From NCBI GenBank assembly GCA_010405405.1, contig MU004236.1, positions 1 through 64,000 of the forward strand: a stretch of DNA of 64,000 nucleotides, in the 5' to 3' direction. Shown piece by piece: positions 24,772 through 37,352 of this stretch. Position 1 is the stretch's first letter, and every line of letters starts with the position of its first letter. Origin of the DNA: Microthyrium microscopicum. Lineage: Eukaryota. The position numbers and the translations under genes are program-made. A model generated the notes under the pieces. That model made no database searches and was not told the origin of the DNA. It saw only the letters and a list, made by a program, of their open reading frames with translations.

Positions 24772-27237
24772 TCAATGTCCCACACCACCAACAGCCCAAT
24801 CTATAATCTCTCCATCACCTCTAGGTGGAAAGACACCTCTATCATCATCGCCATCATTACCATGACCATTACCGCCGCCGTTCATCAACTCTCGCTGTCG
24901 TTCGATAGCTTGTCTATTGGCTCGCTGCCTTCTGTACATCACAAGACCAATCAGCACAGCGCCCAGCCCAAGAATAACAAACGACTCGAGCAGTCCATCG
25001 AGCAATTCCGACCAAATCTCCTCGTCGGTCAAGTCAATGTCACTGCCATCCCAGCCCATACCCAAATCATCCCCAGTATCTGCACGTGCTGCGGCTGCAT
25101 CTGCTTCGGCGGCAAGAAAGGCGCTAAACCATTCTTTGAGTGAGTTTGGGCGGTTACGTCGGCGTGGCTCGTCTTGTATGCTTTTGGCTGAGCCACGGGT
25201 CCAGCTGTTCCAGTAGCTACGTATTCGTAGTTTAAGTAGAGCAAGTTTGACAGGGAGATAGGCTTCTTTGTTGATTTCGAGGGCTTGATCGTACCAGCGC
25301 TTGGCGAGGTGAAAGTCTTGGTCATGACCACCAAGGCCGTTTTCGTACATCCAGCCCAAGTTCCAAAGTGCTTGTGCGGATTGCATGGTTTCGGCAGCGG
25401 CTTGGTAGCAGGCGGAGGCTTTGTCGGCTGATGCATCACTTCCCATGCCGTCGAGGTAATAGTCGCCCATTTTGACGAGTGAATCGATGTTGGACTGGCG
25501 GGCTGAGCGGGTCCAGTACAGTAAGGCGAGTGTTTGTGTTGTTGGAATATGTATGCGATTCGAAAGGATTGGTAGTACTTGCTTGACTGCAGGGGGGAGT
25601 GGGATTCTCAACAACGTCTGTCGTCTGCGAGCTTTATCTAGCAAGAAAGCGACATTAGTCTGAGCGACTTCGAAGCCTTGCTCTGCGGCCAACATGTAAT
25701 CCAGTAGCGCAAGATCGATATCTCCAGCTTCAAATGCATTGTTAGCTTCTGCGAACGATGCCACTACAGGTTCAGCGCGCTCCGATACTAGTTTGAAGTG
25801 ATGAGATGCTATTTCACAGGATGGTTCTTGTCCAATGCCGCTTTTCTCAATCTCGGCAAGGTAATAGATGGCTTCAACATTACCTTTCCTTGCTGCAAGC
25901 TCAAAATATGCAGTAGAGGTTTTGATGTCGCCAATATCCATATAGAACATCCCCAGATAGACTTGGGCGCCAGGGTGCTCTTGATCAGCAGCGGCTTGGA
26001 AATATTGATAGGCCTGTTTGGAATTCTGCGGAACACCAATCCCATCCAGGTACATCAGCCCAAGGCTGTACTGCGATTGTGAGTTGGCCAAGCTGAGACC
26101 TCGTTTGAACCACTTTTTAGCCAGATCGTAGCTTTGCTCAGTACCTTCTCCACGCAAGAACATCCATCCCAAGAATCCAGCAGATTTGCCAGCCAATAAT
26201 TCAGTCACGGCTGAGACATCGGGATTAACCTTTCCAGATTTGCTCCAATAGGCTCGAGCAACTTCCAGGAAATATCTCTTGGCAATGGCAAAATCCGGTT
26301 TCATTTCGCGTCCTCCATCCCAATGCATTCTACCCAGGTTGAAGGTAGCCTTAATATCACCCTTACGGGAGAGTAAATCCAACCACTCAACAACATCTCC
26401 TTGGGATGCGTGTGCGTCGGAATTTGCAGGACCGTTCCTGGAGTTGTGCCCTGAGCTACTGACGCTCGCACCATCGCCATATATACCGCCAGCTTCATCC
26501 GAAATTCGATATCGGTGCTTCAAAAGAGTATTGCCACCAGGAGGTCCGGATCGGATATAGTTGAATGCTCTGTTAGCAACCTTGCCCCAATATCGAACGG
26601 CAATTTGACAATCTTTTGGGGTTCCAATTCCGTAATGATGTCTGTATGCCATGGCCATTTGTGAACGCTCGTTTCCTTGATCTGCGGCAAAAGTATAGTA
26701 GAGCATAGCCTTGGCTTGATCTTGTTCAACAACACTTCCAAGGCCTGTTGCGTAGAAGAATCCAACCATATGTTGAGCAGAGCTGTTTCCTGTCAAATCT
26801 GCGAGCTGTTTATATCTGTTGAAGGCTTCTGATAAGTTCCGTGGGTGACTGTAGTTGCCGAAGAAATTCATATCCGCCAAAAGGTATATCGCATCCGAGT
26901 GATTGCCAGAAGCGGCTTGTTCAAGTAGCCGCCGAGCCTGTGTGAGTCTATCATTGTGACCGAAAGACACTGGGGTATCTGCTCGTGAGCCCCCTAGATA
27001 GAAGGATTCCACTGTATTTTTGAGATAGCTAGCGACTCCAACGCTTTGCCTGGTGGGAAGAACATTGCTTCTAGGACTTATTGTTGTAAGGACGTGGATA
27101 GCATCCCTATATGCGGTATCCGCGGGACGACCGGATGGTGATGTGATGTACTCGCTGGATGTTTCTTGCGCGAATGAGGGAGAGGATGAGGAGAGAAGAA
27201 GGAGTGCTACAGTGGTCGTGGTCAGCTTTGATCGCAT
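24772..27237 (-). CDS. HRD3: ERAD-associated Sel1-repeat protein Hrd3/SEL1L
   Basis: 821-aa ORF with signal peptide, many Sel1 repeats (AQHMVGFFYATG, AAEQGFEVAQTN, SLVKMGDYY, DFHLAKRWYD) and a C-terminal TM helix. Confidence 0.95.
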   Translation of the reverse strand: MRSKLTTTTVALLLLSSSSPSFAQETSSEYITSPSGRPADTAYRDAIHVLTTISPRSNVLPTRQSVGVASYLKNTVESFYLGGSRADTPVSFGHNDRLTQARRLLEQAASGNHSDAIYLLADMNFFGNYSHPRNLSEAFNRYKQLADLTGNSSAQHMVGFFYATGLGSVVEQDQAKAMLYYTFAADQGNERSQMAMAYRHHYGIGTPKDCQIAVRYWGKVANRAFNYIRSGPPGGNTLLKHRYRISDEAGGIYGDGASVSSSGHNSRNGPANSDAHASQGDVVEWLDLLSRKGDIKATFNLGRMHWDGGREMKPDFAIAKRYFLEVARAYWSKSGKVNPDVSAVTELLAGKSAGFLGWMFLRGEGTEQSYDLAKKWFKRGLSLANSQSQYSLGLMYLDGIGVPQNSKQAYQYFQAAADQEHPGAQVYLGMFYMDIGDIKTSTAYFELAARKGNVEAIYYLAEIEKSGIGQEPSCEIASHHFKLVSERAEPVVASFAEANNAFEAGDIDLALLDYMLAAEQGFEVAQTNVAFLLDKARRRQTLLRIPLPPAVKQVLPILSNRIHIPTTQTLALLYWTRSARQSNIDSLVKMGDYYLDGMGSDASADKASACYQAAAETMQSAQALWNLGWMYENGLGGHDQDFHLAKRWYDQALEINKEAYLPVKLALLKLRIRSYWNSWTRGSAKSIQDEPRRRNRPNSLKEWFSAFLAAEADAAAARADTGDDLGMGWDGSDIDLTDEEIWSELLDGLLESFVILGLGAVLIGLVMYRRQRANRQAIERQRELMNGGGNGHGNDGDDDRGVFPPRGDGEIIDWAVGGVGH

Positions 27238-28018
27238 GTAATGAAGCTCATTGAAGCTTACAGCAAAGAACTGCGTTTATCAGCGCAGACATGATGACGA
27301 ATATGACGAAAGGAATACAAGCATGGTTATATGGGAGTCATCGCCATGAAGGACAAGAGTATGCGAGCAAACAGCAGACAGCTCTTGGATGGGTAGCGCA
27401 ATGGTAATGGAGTAATGCAGAAGCAACCGGTGAAGACGGAAATACCTAGGTAGGCTTGGAGTAACAGGTAGTAGCAGTACTGACAACTGTCTTGTTCTGG
27501 AAAGCGCAACTTTGGCCTGTAAAAGCGTGTTTGCAGGGATTATCCTGGCCTAAATTAGCTCAAAAGCCACGAGCTGCTGAGCCACGAGAACACGCCGATC
27601 ACTGCGCTTTTGGGAACAAACGCCACACATCACGATCTTTAATTCCCATATTGATCTCGACGATTACCAACAGCCCACAAGCCCAATCTTGATCCTCACT
27701 AGTGGCAATATTTAGAAGTATAATGGGAACAGAATCACGGTAGAACAAATTCATCCAATACCTTTCTAGGGCTCTTTAGAGCTATGCTTCTTGCAGAATG
27801 TTCTGTCCACCTGCGCTCTGAAGCCACCACTCACGCAATCTGGGGCAAGCCGAGCCTCATCTGACGTCAAGCCTGATCAACTTTCTGCCAAGTTTCCTCA
27901 ATTTTGATAAGCCTCAGACTTTGTATTTAATGGTAAAGTCCTGCCAAGATTCTTTGCACAGTATTCACTTTCAAATCTCTTCCGCCAATCCCCTTTTTCA
28001 AAATCAAAAATCAAAAAC

Positions 28019-28390
28019 ATGGCTCGCGACCCCTCTTCAACTGTAGGTTGTTTGCTTTTGCTACCATAAGGCTGCCAAGAATAGATCGGACTACTAACAC
28101 ATACCTTAGTCGGATGTGCTATTGTACTTCCTAGCCATCTTCCTACCTCCAGTATCAGTCTTTCTTAAGAGAGGTTGTGGGGCGGATCTTTTGATCAACA
28201 TTCTTCTCTGGGTACTGGGTTGGATTCCTGGCGTCATTCGTAAGCTACCATTTGATATGCCTCTTGTTGCACCTCTTTACTGACCTCTGCGAAAGATGCG
28301 TGGTATATTGTGTCCAGAAGTGAGCGAAGAAAGGTGGTTGTAGTCCAACAACCTGCCCCAGTTGCTCCAGTCGGTGGCCCAGCCTATTAG
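28019..28390 (+). CDS. PMP3: Pmp3/UPF0057 plasma-membrane proteolipid; 2 introns (not in ORF track)
   Basis: Spliced product MARDPSST|SDVLLYFLAIFLPPVSVFLKRGCGADLLINILLWVLGWIPGVI|HAWYIV. Introns 28043-28109 and 28240-28295. Confidence 0.92.
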
Positions 28391-28467
28391 TGTACTATAC
28401 CCAAATTGCAAGCGGAGTTCTGGTTGAATTGTCTTATTCTATACTATTATATTCCAAATAATACACT

Positions 28468-28680
28468 CAACCGCATGACAAAATAACTGGCGTTCACCCA
28501 TCAACTTCGCTGGCTCCCACGAACGCTTTTAATTAAGAGGTGGTAAAAATTCCATTGAATTCGCTAGAATACTCCACTCGGAACGCCCTATATGGTAAAT
28601 AAAGCACTCGATATTCGAGTATGCTGCGTGGGAGCCATCTCAGTGGGTGGGGGCACGCTATTTATTTTGTCTATCGGTTG
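28468..28680. mobile_element. MITE-like element, copy B (213 bp)
   Basis: caaccgcatgacaaaataactggcg ... gggcacgctatttattttgtctatcggttg; flanks TACACT/TACACC; shares internal aaataaagcactcgata with copy A. Confidence 0.85.
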
Positions 28681-28881
28681 TACACCAAGCTTGAGCATAG
28701 GTTTCATTTAGTTTCTTTCATGTCGAACTTTGCGGTAAATGAATTGACTTTGCTATGCTAGACGAAAAATAAAATACCCAAAACAATATCATACAAGGTC
28801 ATGAATGTTCCAACGACGCACAGAGTCATGGTGGATTGATGCAAGGTAGCTTCATGACTTGCAGCTTCTTAGCATTGCAGT

Positions 28882-29805
28882 CTATCCCCTGTGCGAGTGC
28901 CGTGCCGCTTCAAGCTCCGCTGGATTTAATGATTGCCCTTGCATATGAGCGGCGTCGGGTGCCTCATATGGGTATTGCTGTACAGGTGAAGGATTCGGTT
29001 GGTACAGTTTCTCTGCGGTTGACTGATAATCGTATGGGGCGAAGGCGGAAGAAGCTGCTGTTGTAGGCGTGGCCTTATGGTTTTTGCGTAAAAGCAATCC
29101 TATCAAGACGCCAAGCGCTATAAGAAGCGGCATTCCAATCCCTGTCTTGAATTAGATATATATCTGCCATAACTTGGAACAAAACCTACCCAATCCTACG
29201 CCCAATCCAACTTTAGCTCCCGAAGATAGTCCACCGTCGTTGGTATTAGCATTTGGCGAAGACGGGAGAGATGAATTTGAGGAAGAGGAAGATGACGGTC
29301 CTGCTACTGATGTGGCAGATGAGGTCCGAGATGAGGTAGTTGAGGACGAAGCTGCGTCTCGAGTGATGTTGAAATAAGACGATACTAGACCATTCGGTCC
29401 ACTTTCTGAGCCTGTATAGTTGAGCCAAAATAGAAATACCGGAGAGTCGTCAAGGCTGAAGTCCTGAATATCCACAGTCCATTGTCGAATTTGTGGTCCT
29501 GCGGCATTGGTGATGACTACAAACAGTACAGTTTAGCTGAAGGCCTTCATAACGACTAGGACCTTTAAAAAGGATGACTTACCAAATACTGGTTTGTCGG
29601 CTCGTCCTGATCCTTTGCCAACAATGTTCTGCCATAGTGTAACGTTATAGTTGCTCAAAGTCGTATTCCATGATAAAGTCTGTGATGAGCCCAAGACCCA
29701 ACTTGGAGGTTCTCCCTTGTTATTATATTGCGGACTAAAGAAGCCACCATAATCAGCAGCAAGTACGGTCCTTAGTACAAAATTCGCGAACAATAGACGC
29801 AACAT
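28882..29805 (-). CDS. Type I membrane protein with Ser/Thr-rich stalk (Mid2-like cell surface protein); 2 introns
   Basis: Signal peptide MLRLLFANFVLRTVLA, SSYFNIT followed by a Ser-rich tract, GLSSGAKVGLGVGLG|..PLLIALGVLIGLLLRK TM helix, short cytoplasmic tail. Confidence 0.8.
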
Positions 29806-30547
29806 CGCAAACTCGGGCAAAAGAAAGAGACTGAAAAATGGGTCTGTATCGAGCAATGTAAAAGAGAAAAGAATTAAAACAGCAATCCATTACGACCGGG
29901 CAGGTGATTTTGTTCATTCTTGACTCGCAAAAGGCTGAAACGGAGTGATAACGACTGCGGCGCGTAGATCCAGATCAAATTGGAAGGAAATGGGCGGCAC
30001 AGTAATGTGGCAGCGTCTATCTGCAGCGGATAGCCTGGAAGGGTTTCATACCCCTTCCTCAAGAGCACAAATTTCGAATTTATAGGCCGAAAGCTTGTCA
30101 AATACGATGAGAAACTTAGCATCTTGGCTATTGGAAGGGATCGTGGGACACATTGCCGTTAATCGTAAAGTATCATTCGCTTGAGCCGTTCTTCAAACCA
30201 CTTCGCGTGTAGGCAAACCAAAGGCAGCCAAACACCGATCGCTCAACATGAGACTTGAAGACTCGGCTTCCAGAAATGAAATCTTTAATGGAATAGACAA
30301 TAGAGATGAAATTGTGGAAGAATCTTAGTTTCGTTGTGGGGACTCAGTTGATGGAAGATGATAGGATCAACGGTGGTTCTCAGATCTATCTCGAGTCATG
30401 AGATAAGATTAGATTACCGCTACCAAGTCGCTATTCTTCAGCCTTTCATGTGAAATATCATCCATCTCCGCGCAACTCCATTACCTTTACCAAACATGAA
30501 CTTCTCGTAAGCTTCGTATCATACTCTAATTCAATCCTATAAAAGTA

Positions 30548-31367
30548 ATGGCCACAACAAATTTTCCTAAGATACAAGGTGGCGGGTCTCTCATTTTAGC
30601 CTGGCAAGTGCGCGGTCGCCCCATCTTGGTTATCGGTGGTGGTGATGTAAGTCCCTTCAGTGCCAATCATTTCAAGCTACAAACTCACAAGAAGCCAGGT
30701 CGCTGCCGGTCGCATCCTCAACTGCCTCGATGCCGACGCAATCGTCACCGTCGTCTGCCCGTCCAGTGGTCTCAATCCCGAAGTCGCGCACCGAGTGGCC
30801 ACCGGTGTCGTAACTCACATCGACCGTCCATTCGAAGTTGCTGATCTTGATACCACTCCTCCTCCTTCCCTCGTCATGTGCGCCGTCGATGACCCAGTCG
30901 CATCTTCACAAGTCTACAAAGAATGCCAGTCACGCCGTATACCCTCCAACATCGCTGATGTACCGCCTGAATGTGACTTTTACTTTGGCAGCGTTTATCG
31001 AGATGGCCCGTTGCAGATTATGGTCAGCACAAATGGCAACGGGCCACGGATGGCGGCTCTGACGCGGCGATGGATTGGCAAGCGATTACCGAAGAATGCT
31101 GGCCGGGCAATAGTACGCGTGGGCATGCTCAGAAAGAAGCTGCGGAGCGTAGCACCTGCGCCGACGGAAGGTGAGAAGCGGATGAAGTGGATGACAGAGG
31201 TCTGTACCAAATGGAGCTTGGAAGACTTTTGTGAAATGTCAGAAGAAGACATGGACAAAGTTTTGACGTATTATGCCCCAAATGAGGTGCCGTCACTCAA
31301 AGAAGTACGAGGTGAAGAAGAGACTGAACCAGAAGTATTCGATTATAGTTTTGGTTGGTGGATATGA
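30548..31367 (+). CDS. MET8: Siroheme biosynthesis precorrin-2 dehydrogenase/sirohydrochlorin ferrochelatase; 1 intron
   Basis: GGSLILAWQVRGRPILVIGGGD|VAAGR, NIADVPPECDFYFG, ISTNG-like VSTNGNGPR. Intron ~30647-30698. Confidence 0.95.
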
Positions 31368-31470
31368 CACGATGTACACGAAGGATACGCAAAGTGAATC
31401 ATGACGCTGGCAATTTTTGCCGCATGATTATCATTAATTTGGGTATTTCCCATCTTGTTCATACAGGACA

Positions 31471-33361
31471 TTATACGACTTCAATAATCGACGCAACCAA
31501 AGAATGCTCAACATCCTTCTTCCTGAATCCGGGCGCACGACCTAGACATATTCCTGATTTGATGATTTCTGGATTTGGTTAGCGAATTGTCCAAGAATTT
31601 GTATAAATTTGCAACTTACCATCAACAAAGCTGCTGACATCTATCGTTACTCTCCTCATGCTTGGAGATTTACTTCGCGATGTAGAATCACTCGGAGGAA
31701 GCTCTAGTGATCCAAGTGCATCCAAAGGATCCCACAGGCTAGGTGGTTGAGCGCTCGACCACCCTGAAGCAGGAAATTCAGGAGTTCTTGAACCACCACC
31801 CATCAACCAGCTAGCCGCAATATTTGCATCATTCATCCAAGCACTGCTAATTGAATCTCCAAGTCCAAGCTCTGGAAAGAGTCTTGCGGTGGCATCATCG
31901 ATGATTGCTTGACTGACTGGTACTGTACTTCCAGAAACATCTGTAATCGAATTCACAGGCCATGCTTGTTGTGGTTCGGGAGTTGGGCTGACGGAAGGTA
32001 GTGCACCATTCTTTCTTAGCAGACTGACAAGTATACCATTGTCGTCAACATTAGCCTCAGCGAATGTGCTTCGTGGGTCGATACTGAGGCCGAGTTCTCG
32101 GAGGTAACCTTCCACGTCGTTGGAATCAAACCATTCTCCTTCATATTCTTTGATATCAAACTTGAGCTCAATACCGGGATCATATCCAGTGTCGGTATGT
32201 TCTAACCGTGCACTCGCGTTGATTGGACCTTCTTTGATGATATAAGTGTTTTGTTTCCGTTCCTTGGGATAGTGGGTACCTGCTCCTCCAAGATGAATGA
32301 AAGGAGTGGCATAGAATTCCAGGGGTTGATCGACTGGTCGTAACAACATACGTCGTATCCTTTCCATAAGAGCGGTCTGCGTGTGATACAAAAGACTGAG
32401 GCGAAATGTCCATAGAACTCCTTCCGGACGCTGACTGGAAGTAGCAAGTAAATGATATCCCCTTTCCAGCGCAGCACGATGCAGTCTACGACTGAATGTA
32501 GTCTCTTCTGTACTGAATGTGTATGGTGCTTTGAGAGTCAAGGTGTTGAGAAGGGACGAATTTCTGTTCATATCTGGGAGTTCTTTTGAGGGAAGAGCCA
32601 GCTCAGCTGAAGAAGTGGAGTTCGTGGAGTCAGCTGAGGGTGATGGATATAGGGGGAAGTCGTTGAAGTCTGGATATTCCTGTGCTGAGAGAGCATTATT
32701 GGATTGGTTTGACATTGAGATGAGAGCGGCGTCGAAACCTTTAGGATCCAATGGCATTTCCGGTGGTGATAAAGCACTACCAGAAGAACTATCGTCGATT
32801 ATCTGGACATAGCCAATTCCCATGTCAAGGTCCTTGGTTTGGTAATCTGGTTGAGGCTGTTCAAAAAGTGATTGCGTGGACTCTTCGTGGCGCACGAGTT
32901 GTTCGTATTGCATCGTCTCTGGCTCAGAGTCACTGTCAGTGCTAGAAGAATTGTCTGAAGCTTTCGCAAGGAGAAGAAAGTTGTGTGTAGTTCTCTGCAG
33001 CTCTTTGACAAGTTGAGGTTCCAGCAAGTTCGATGTCACTAGCTTATCATTGAACTCCAAGAAGCATTTGTTCATTTCCTCGATTGTGCTTTGGAGAGTA
33101 GCAACTCGGGCGTTTAATGAGCTGATGGTGTTCTCTTTCCGTTGTCGATAGGCCCTTTGTGCCAATCGTATTTGTGTTCTACGCCTCTGCAATCTGCGTC
33201 AGTAGACACGCCAAACCGGAGTTGAGCGAGCGAGAACGTACATCCGCAGCTGTCTCATCTTGTCCATCAACGCGAGGTCTTCCTCGGGCTTTCTTGCTGT
33301 CATCTTCTGAATCCTTCGGGGCGACACGTTGTCTCTTTCGTGATATTCGTTCGGCGACCAT
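31471..33361 (-). CDS. bZIP transcription factor; 2 introns
   Basis: RGRPRVDGQDETAAD|RRRTQIRLAQRAYRQRKENTISSL basic region plus zipper. Last exon after the ~31569-31619 intron ends CLGRAPGFRKKDVE...IIEVV*. Confidence 0.9.
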
Positions 33362-34441
33362 GATGTTAGATGCAATGGGCAGAATCAAATGTGTGGTGAG
33401 GCAGTTGTAGCAAGATTATATGGCGCAACTAGGAATACTTTGTACAGAAGAGCTATAGACTAGTTGCCATTATAGGATGTTGGAATGTGTAGGCAGGTAG
33501 TTGGCTAACGACAAGTTCTGGTTGAAAGATAAACAGGGTTCAAACAAGATGATAAATGATGAGTGTCGCAATGCCGATGCGAGAGTCTTAGCTAAGCTTC
33601 GCACGCTCTTGCCAAAGAATGCACGCAATAATACTCTACAGCCTTCTGATTACCGGAGTTAGACGCAGAAGTGACATATATTGGCTACTTCAGTGCTGTG
33701 TAGTACTGTAAGACTAGACACAAGAGGCTCGGTTGGGAGTTGGGAATTGATGATTAGTGAACTGCCGCATGCCGCCTATTCCTCATGCTGACCTGAGCAA
33801 AGCCACCAGATCAGTGCACAGGTGCAGTTCATCTGGCGCCCCTTACATTTTCAACGGCATTTGATTTGCTCACTGACCCGGGGATTAAATTGAACTGCGA
33901 GACTTGACCGAGATCTCCCCTTCAAGGACCGCGTGCGCTTAACCACAAAATATCAAGCTCTGAGCTTGATCATATTCTACTACGCATATGCCGCGTCAAG
34001 TCGATGGCTCTCTTCATCGTGCCTTTGCGTTGTTGAAGACCCAGTTTCTCTGCTTTTTTATACTCATTCATATATGCGAAAGGTAGGATTTGGGTCGTCT
34101 TGGTCAGACAGCTGGGATGAATGCGCTGAAATGCTGACAGCTTCAACGAAAACTAAATTTGGCTTAGAAGGGATCAATTTAACCCAGGCATAACAATTAC
34201 AGAGTGCTCTATCAGAGCATTGGACCTATGGCGGGCGAATTGAGCGACACCGTCCATCGACTAAGAAGTATAATGACTGCTAGTAATGTCTACTACTTCT
34301 TATCGAAGCCGCTAAACCCATCCAAAGGCGCAAACAAGCGAGCGCGTCATCAAACACAGCGAGAATTTCAGCATTTCTTCTTACGGTGGATCCCAGTTTT
34401 GATGCGAGCTCGCATATCCAAAGCCCAGAGCGACACAGTGC

Positions 34442-36648
34442 TCAAGAAAGCGTACTGAAATCCCAATTCTCAGCATTAGACCCAGTGATCTGTGTGTTGC
34501 CAACTCCATTCATGAGGGTATCGAAGAAAGCTGTATCAAGGCCTTGGAATACCCAATTATCCATGCTTGCAGCAGCATCAGGGAAAATAGGATCTGGCTG
34601 GACAAAGAAGTCTTCCAGTTCTGCTTCAGCCACGTGCGAAAGGTCTTCTTGTGCTCGTGGTGCTGCCATTGTGGTTGATGCTTCTATTACAGCTTCGGAC
34701 AAAGCATTGATGGGCTGACGGTTATCGTCTCTTGGATTTTTGATATGGATAGACCCAATGCCACCGATCGTAACACTCTCAGCATGCTCTTGTTCTGTTT
34801 CAACAGATTCCAGGGTCGTGATGCCTTCGCGAGCAATTCTGAGAGCTCCGATATATGGTACGTTGATAATCAGTACCTTTTGATCATCTTCCAAATTGGC
34901 ACTGGCTTCTTGTAGGCTTTGTGTGCGACTACTGTATCCCTCTGCAGCATTTGCTTCCGCTGCCAGCAGGTCTTTAAGCAAACCGGCACATTTTGCAGCA
35001 AGAACATCTTTATGCAGCTCTGACATGGATGTCATACATTCAAGAGCTCGCTCCACTATTGCTCTATCGCCCAGCCGCTGATGTACCAGTAAGTTGTCTC
35101 TGTCTTCTGGGCAGTGACTCACTGTATGAGCCAGTATCAATGACATGCCCGCAATAAGCGCCATGAAGTCACCCATACGACAAACAGCGCCATATGGGTT
35201 GTATTCGCGGATCGCAATCTCTCGTGCTAGAATTTCGCGACTAGCATTCACACAGGCAATCTTGGAATAGACCCTCTGCAAAGCATGACTTGAACTTAGC
35301 ATGTATGGCAAATGAAGCTGGGTAATCAAAGTGTAATAGAGCATATGGTCCCGAGCTCGTTTTATCTCCTGGAAAGCATCCAGTGACTCTATGTCAAGGC
35401 CCACAAAGGAGAGTGGACGCCAGAAAGTAGACGGCCAGTTCTCGGCCATCTCGATCAGTTCGCGATCTATCTTCCGAGTGATATCGAGAGCTCGCTGCGA
35501 TGAATCGATCTGATTACGATCAATAATCTTGGCCGTGACATTTACTAGTGTACCAATATTATATGTTCTCGTTCCGTCGACTGCTTCCTCGACTGGTAGA
35601 TGGATGTTCTGAATATCGTTAAAAACAGATAAAGATGAAACGTGTCATGGGATGGAGGAGGTGGATCGTGTTAAAACTTGTGGGCATTATGGTTTCTTAC
35701 CCCAGTGCTCGTAGGCAGTCCCAGCAGCAGAGATAGAATACGTTCCATACAGACAATACAGCTCCACATAGTCTCAGGATCAAGATCGTCCTTAGCGTTG
35801 ATGACTTTGAAGCGATAATGGCCTGGACGATGAAGACCAAGTAACTGTGCTGCCATCACAGCGCGACGCATTGTTATCCAAGCACGTCGAATATTTCCAC
35901 CATCAATATGATAAAAGCCTTCAAGAATGATGTTTTGAAGGTTTTCCAGTACTCCTAGCAGGAGATCATTTGAAGTGACCCTTTGTATTGCCGAATCTGC
36001 AAGTTCGTGCATTATGATGTGATGATGCTTAGAAAGTCCAGGTAACACCGTGTTTGGAGAAACATATTGTAACGCTGATGCAAAGAGTAGCATTTGCCTT
36101 GCCAACAGGATTTGATGCGACTCGGGACGCAATAAATTTGTGATACGGAATTCCTCATCTGGAATTTCTTCTTGTCTGCCAGGCTTGAAAGTAGATCTAT
36201 AGCAATACCAAGTGAATCTGACCAGTTTCGAGTGCAAAATTTCGAGGTCTTTACGACATGGGAGGGCCTTTAGAAGAGCCTGGATGTCTTTGGAGGGAAC
36301 TGGTCGCTCTGCGATTGAATTGCCACTAATTGGTGCTCTCTCAGTTTCCGAATCATTTCTATATCCAGCGGTTACTCCCTCGATTATAGTCAGCGGACAA
36401 TACTAGATATTAGTTTGGCAACTGACAGTTTGATTAGAATTGACAGTATTGTTTTCATTTGTCTCCGGCCCTCCGATCACTACGATTTGACTGACACATT
36501 TAGTGCCACGACGACGGCAAGGAATACAGACATCATGGTGGAGTGCAAAGTTGCATTTGACCTTTCTATTTCTGCATTCCCAGCAACTGTGGGTTCCTTT
36601 CCGGACTTTTCTTCGTCTTGCTATAGCTTCGCCCGCGTGAGCAGTCAT
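34442..36648 (-). CDS. Zn(II)2Cys6 transcription factor; about 2 introns
   Basis: RKGTHSCWECRNRKVKC..CIPCRRRGTKC; fungal TF domain RRAVMAAQLLGLH...ERILSLLLGLP. Confidence 0.85.
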
Positions 36649-36875
36649 TGCCAAGTGTCGTAGAGCGGTACGGCGACAGCTTCGGACGTCACGGTGCTAG
36701 AATCTCATCTGTCCGAACATCAAGATGTAGAAAGATCATTCCCGGAGTCGGTTAATGTGTAGAGTTGCACGTTGCAATGCGGACGAACGAGAATTTAAAG
36801 GGGTAAACATCTTGGTTCAGCCGAAGTGCAGCTGACAAATCCTGTAGTTCGACCGAAACTCTCGAAATCTGCACC

Positions 36876-37071
36876 CAACTGGGCGACAAAATAAGTGGCA
36901 CACTCCCAGCAAGTATGATGTCTGCCTCCAGCTAAGTGAATTCCTATTCAACGCGTGTAATACTCGATTGCCCATCGAATGCGGTGGGGATTAACGAAGC
37001 TTTTCTTTGAGAAGTGCGATGGGAGACATCATACTTGATGGGAGCGCGCCATTTATTTTGTCAGCCGGTTG
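36876..37071. mobile_element. MITE-like element, copy C (196 bp), in a divergent promoter
   Basis: caactgggcgacaaaataagtggcacactcccagcaagtatgatgtct ... agacatcatacttgatgggagcgcgccatttattttgtcagccggttg; flanks TGCACC/TCCACC. Confidence 0.85.
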
Positions 37072-37352
37072 TCCACCTCAAAGTTCGTGGACAGTTCGTA
37101 AGAGCACCTTTCAATGTCGATGAACTGTGTGTTGGATGGTAGGCAGCAAAGATATCGACCTGGATGCGCGCAGGTGGAGAACAGAGTACTCAAGCTGGAT
37201 GGAATGACATGTTCGGAGATAATCTTCCTCCAAGATCATTGGTCTTCCTTCACGGTCTTATTCGACCGAAGCCAGCTACCGTATAAATGGCTGTTAGAAT
37301 CTCGATATTTCAATGATTAACCCACTCAATTGAATGCTTGAAATACCTCGAA

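Noticed and set aside
30393..30410. Gcn4/CpcA (GAGTCAT) and GATA motifs upstream of MET8
   Set aside because: Plausible, but short motifs are expected by chance and cannot be supported without conservation data.
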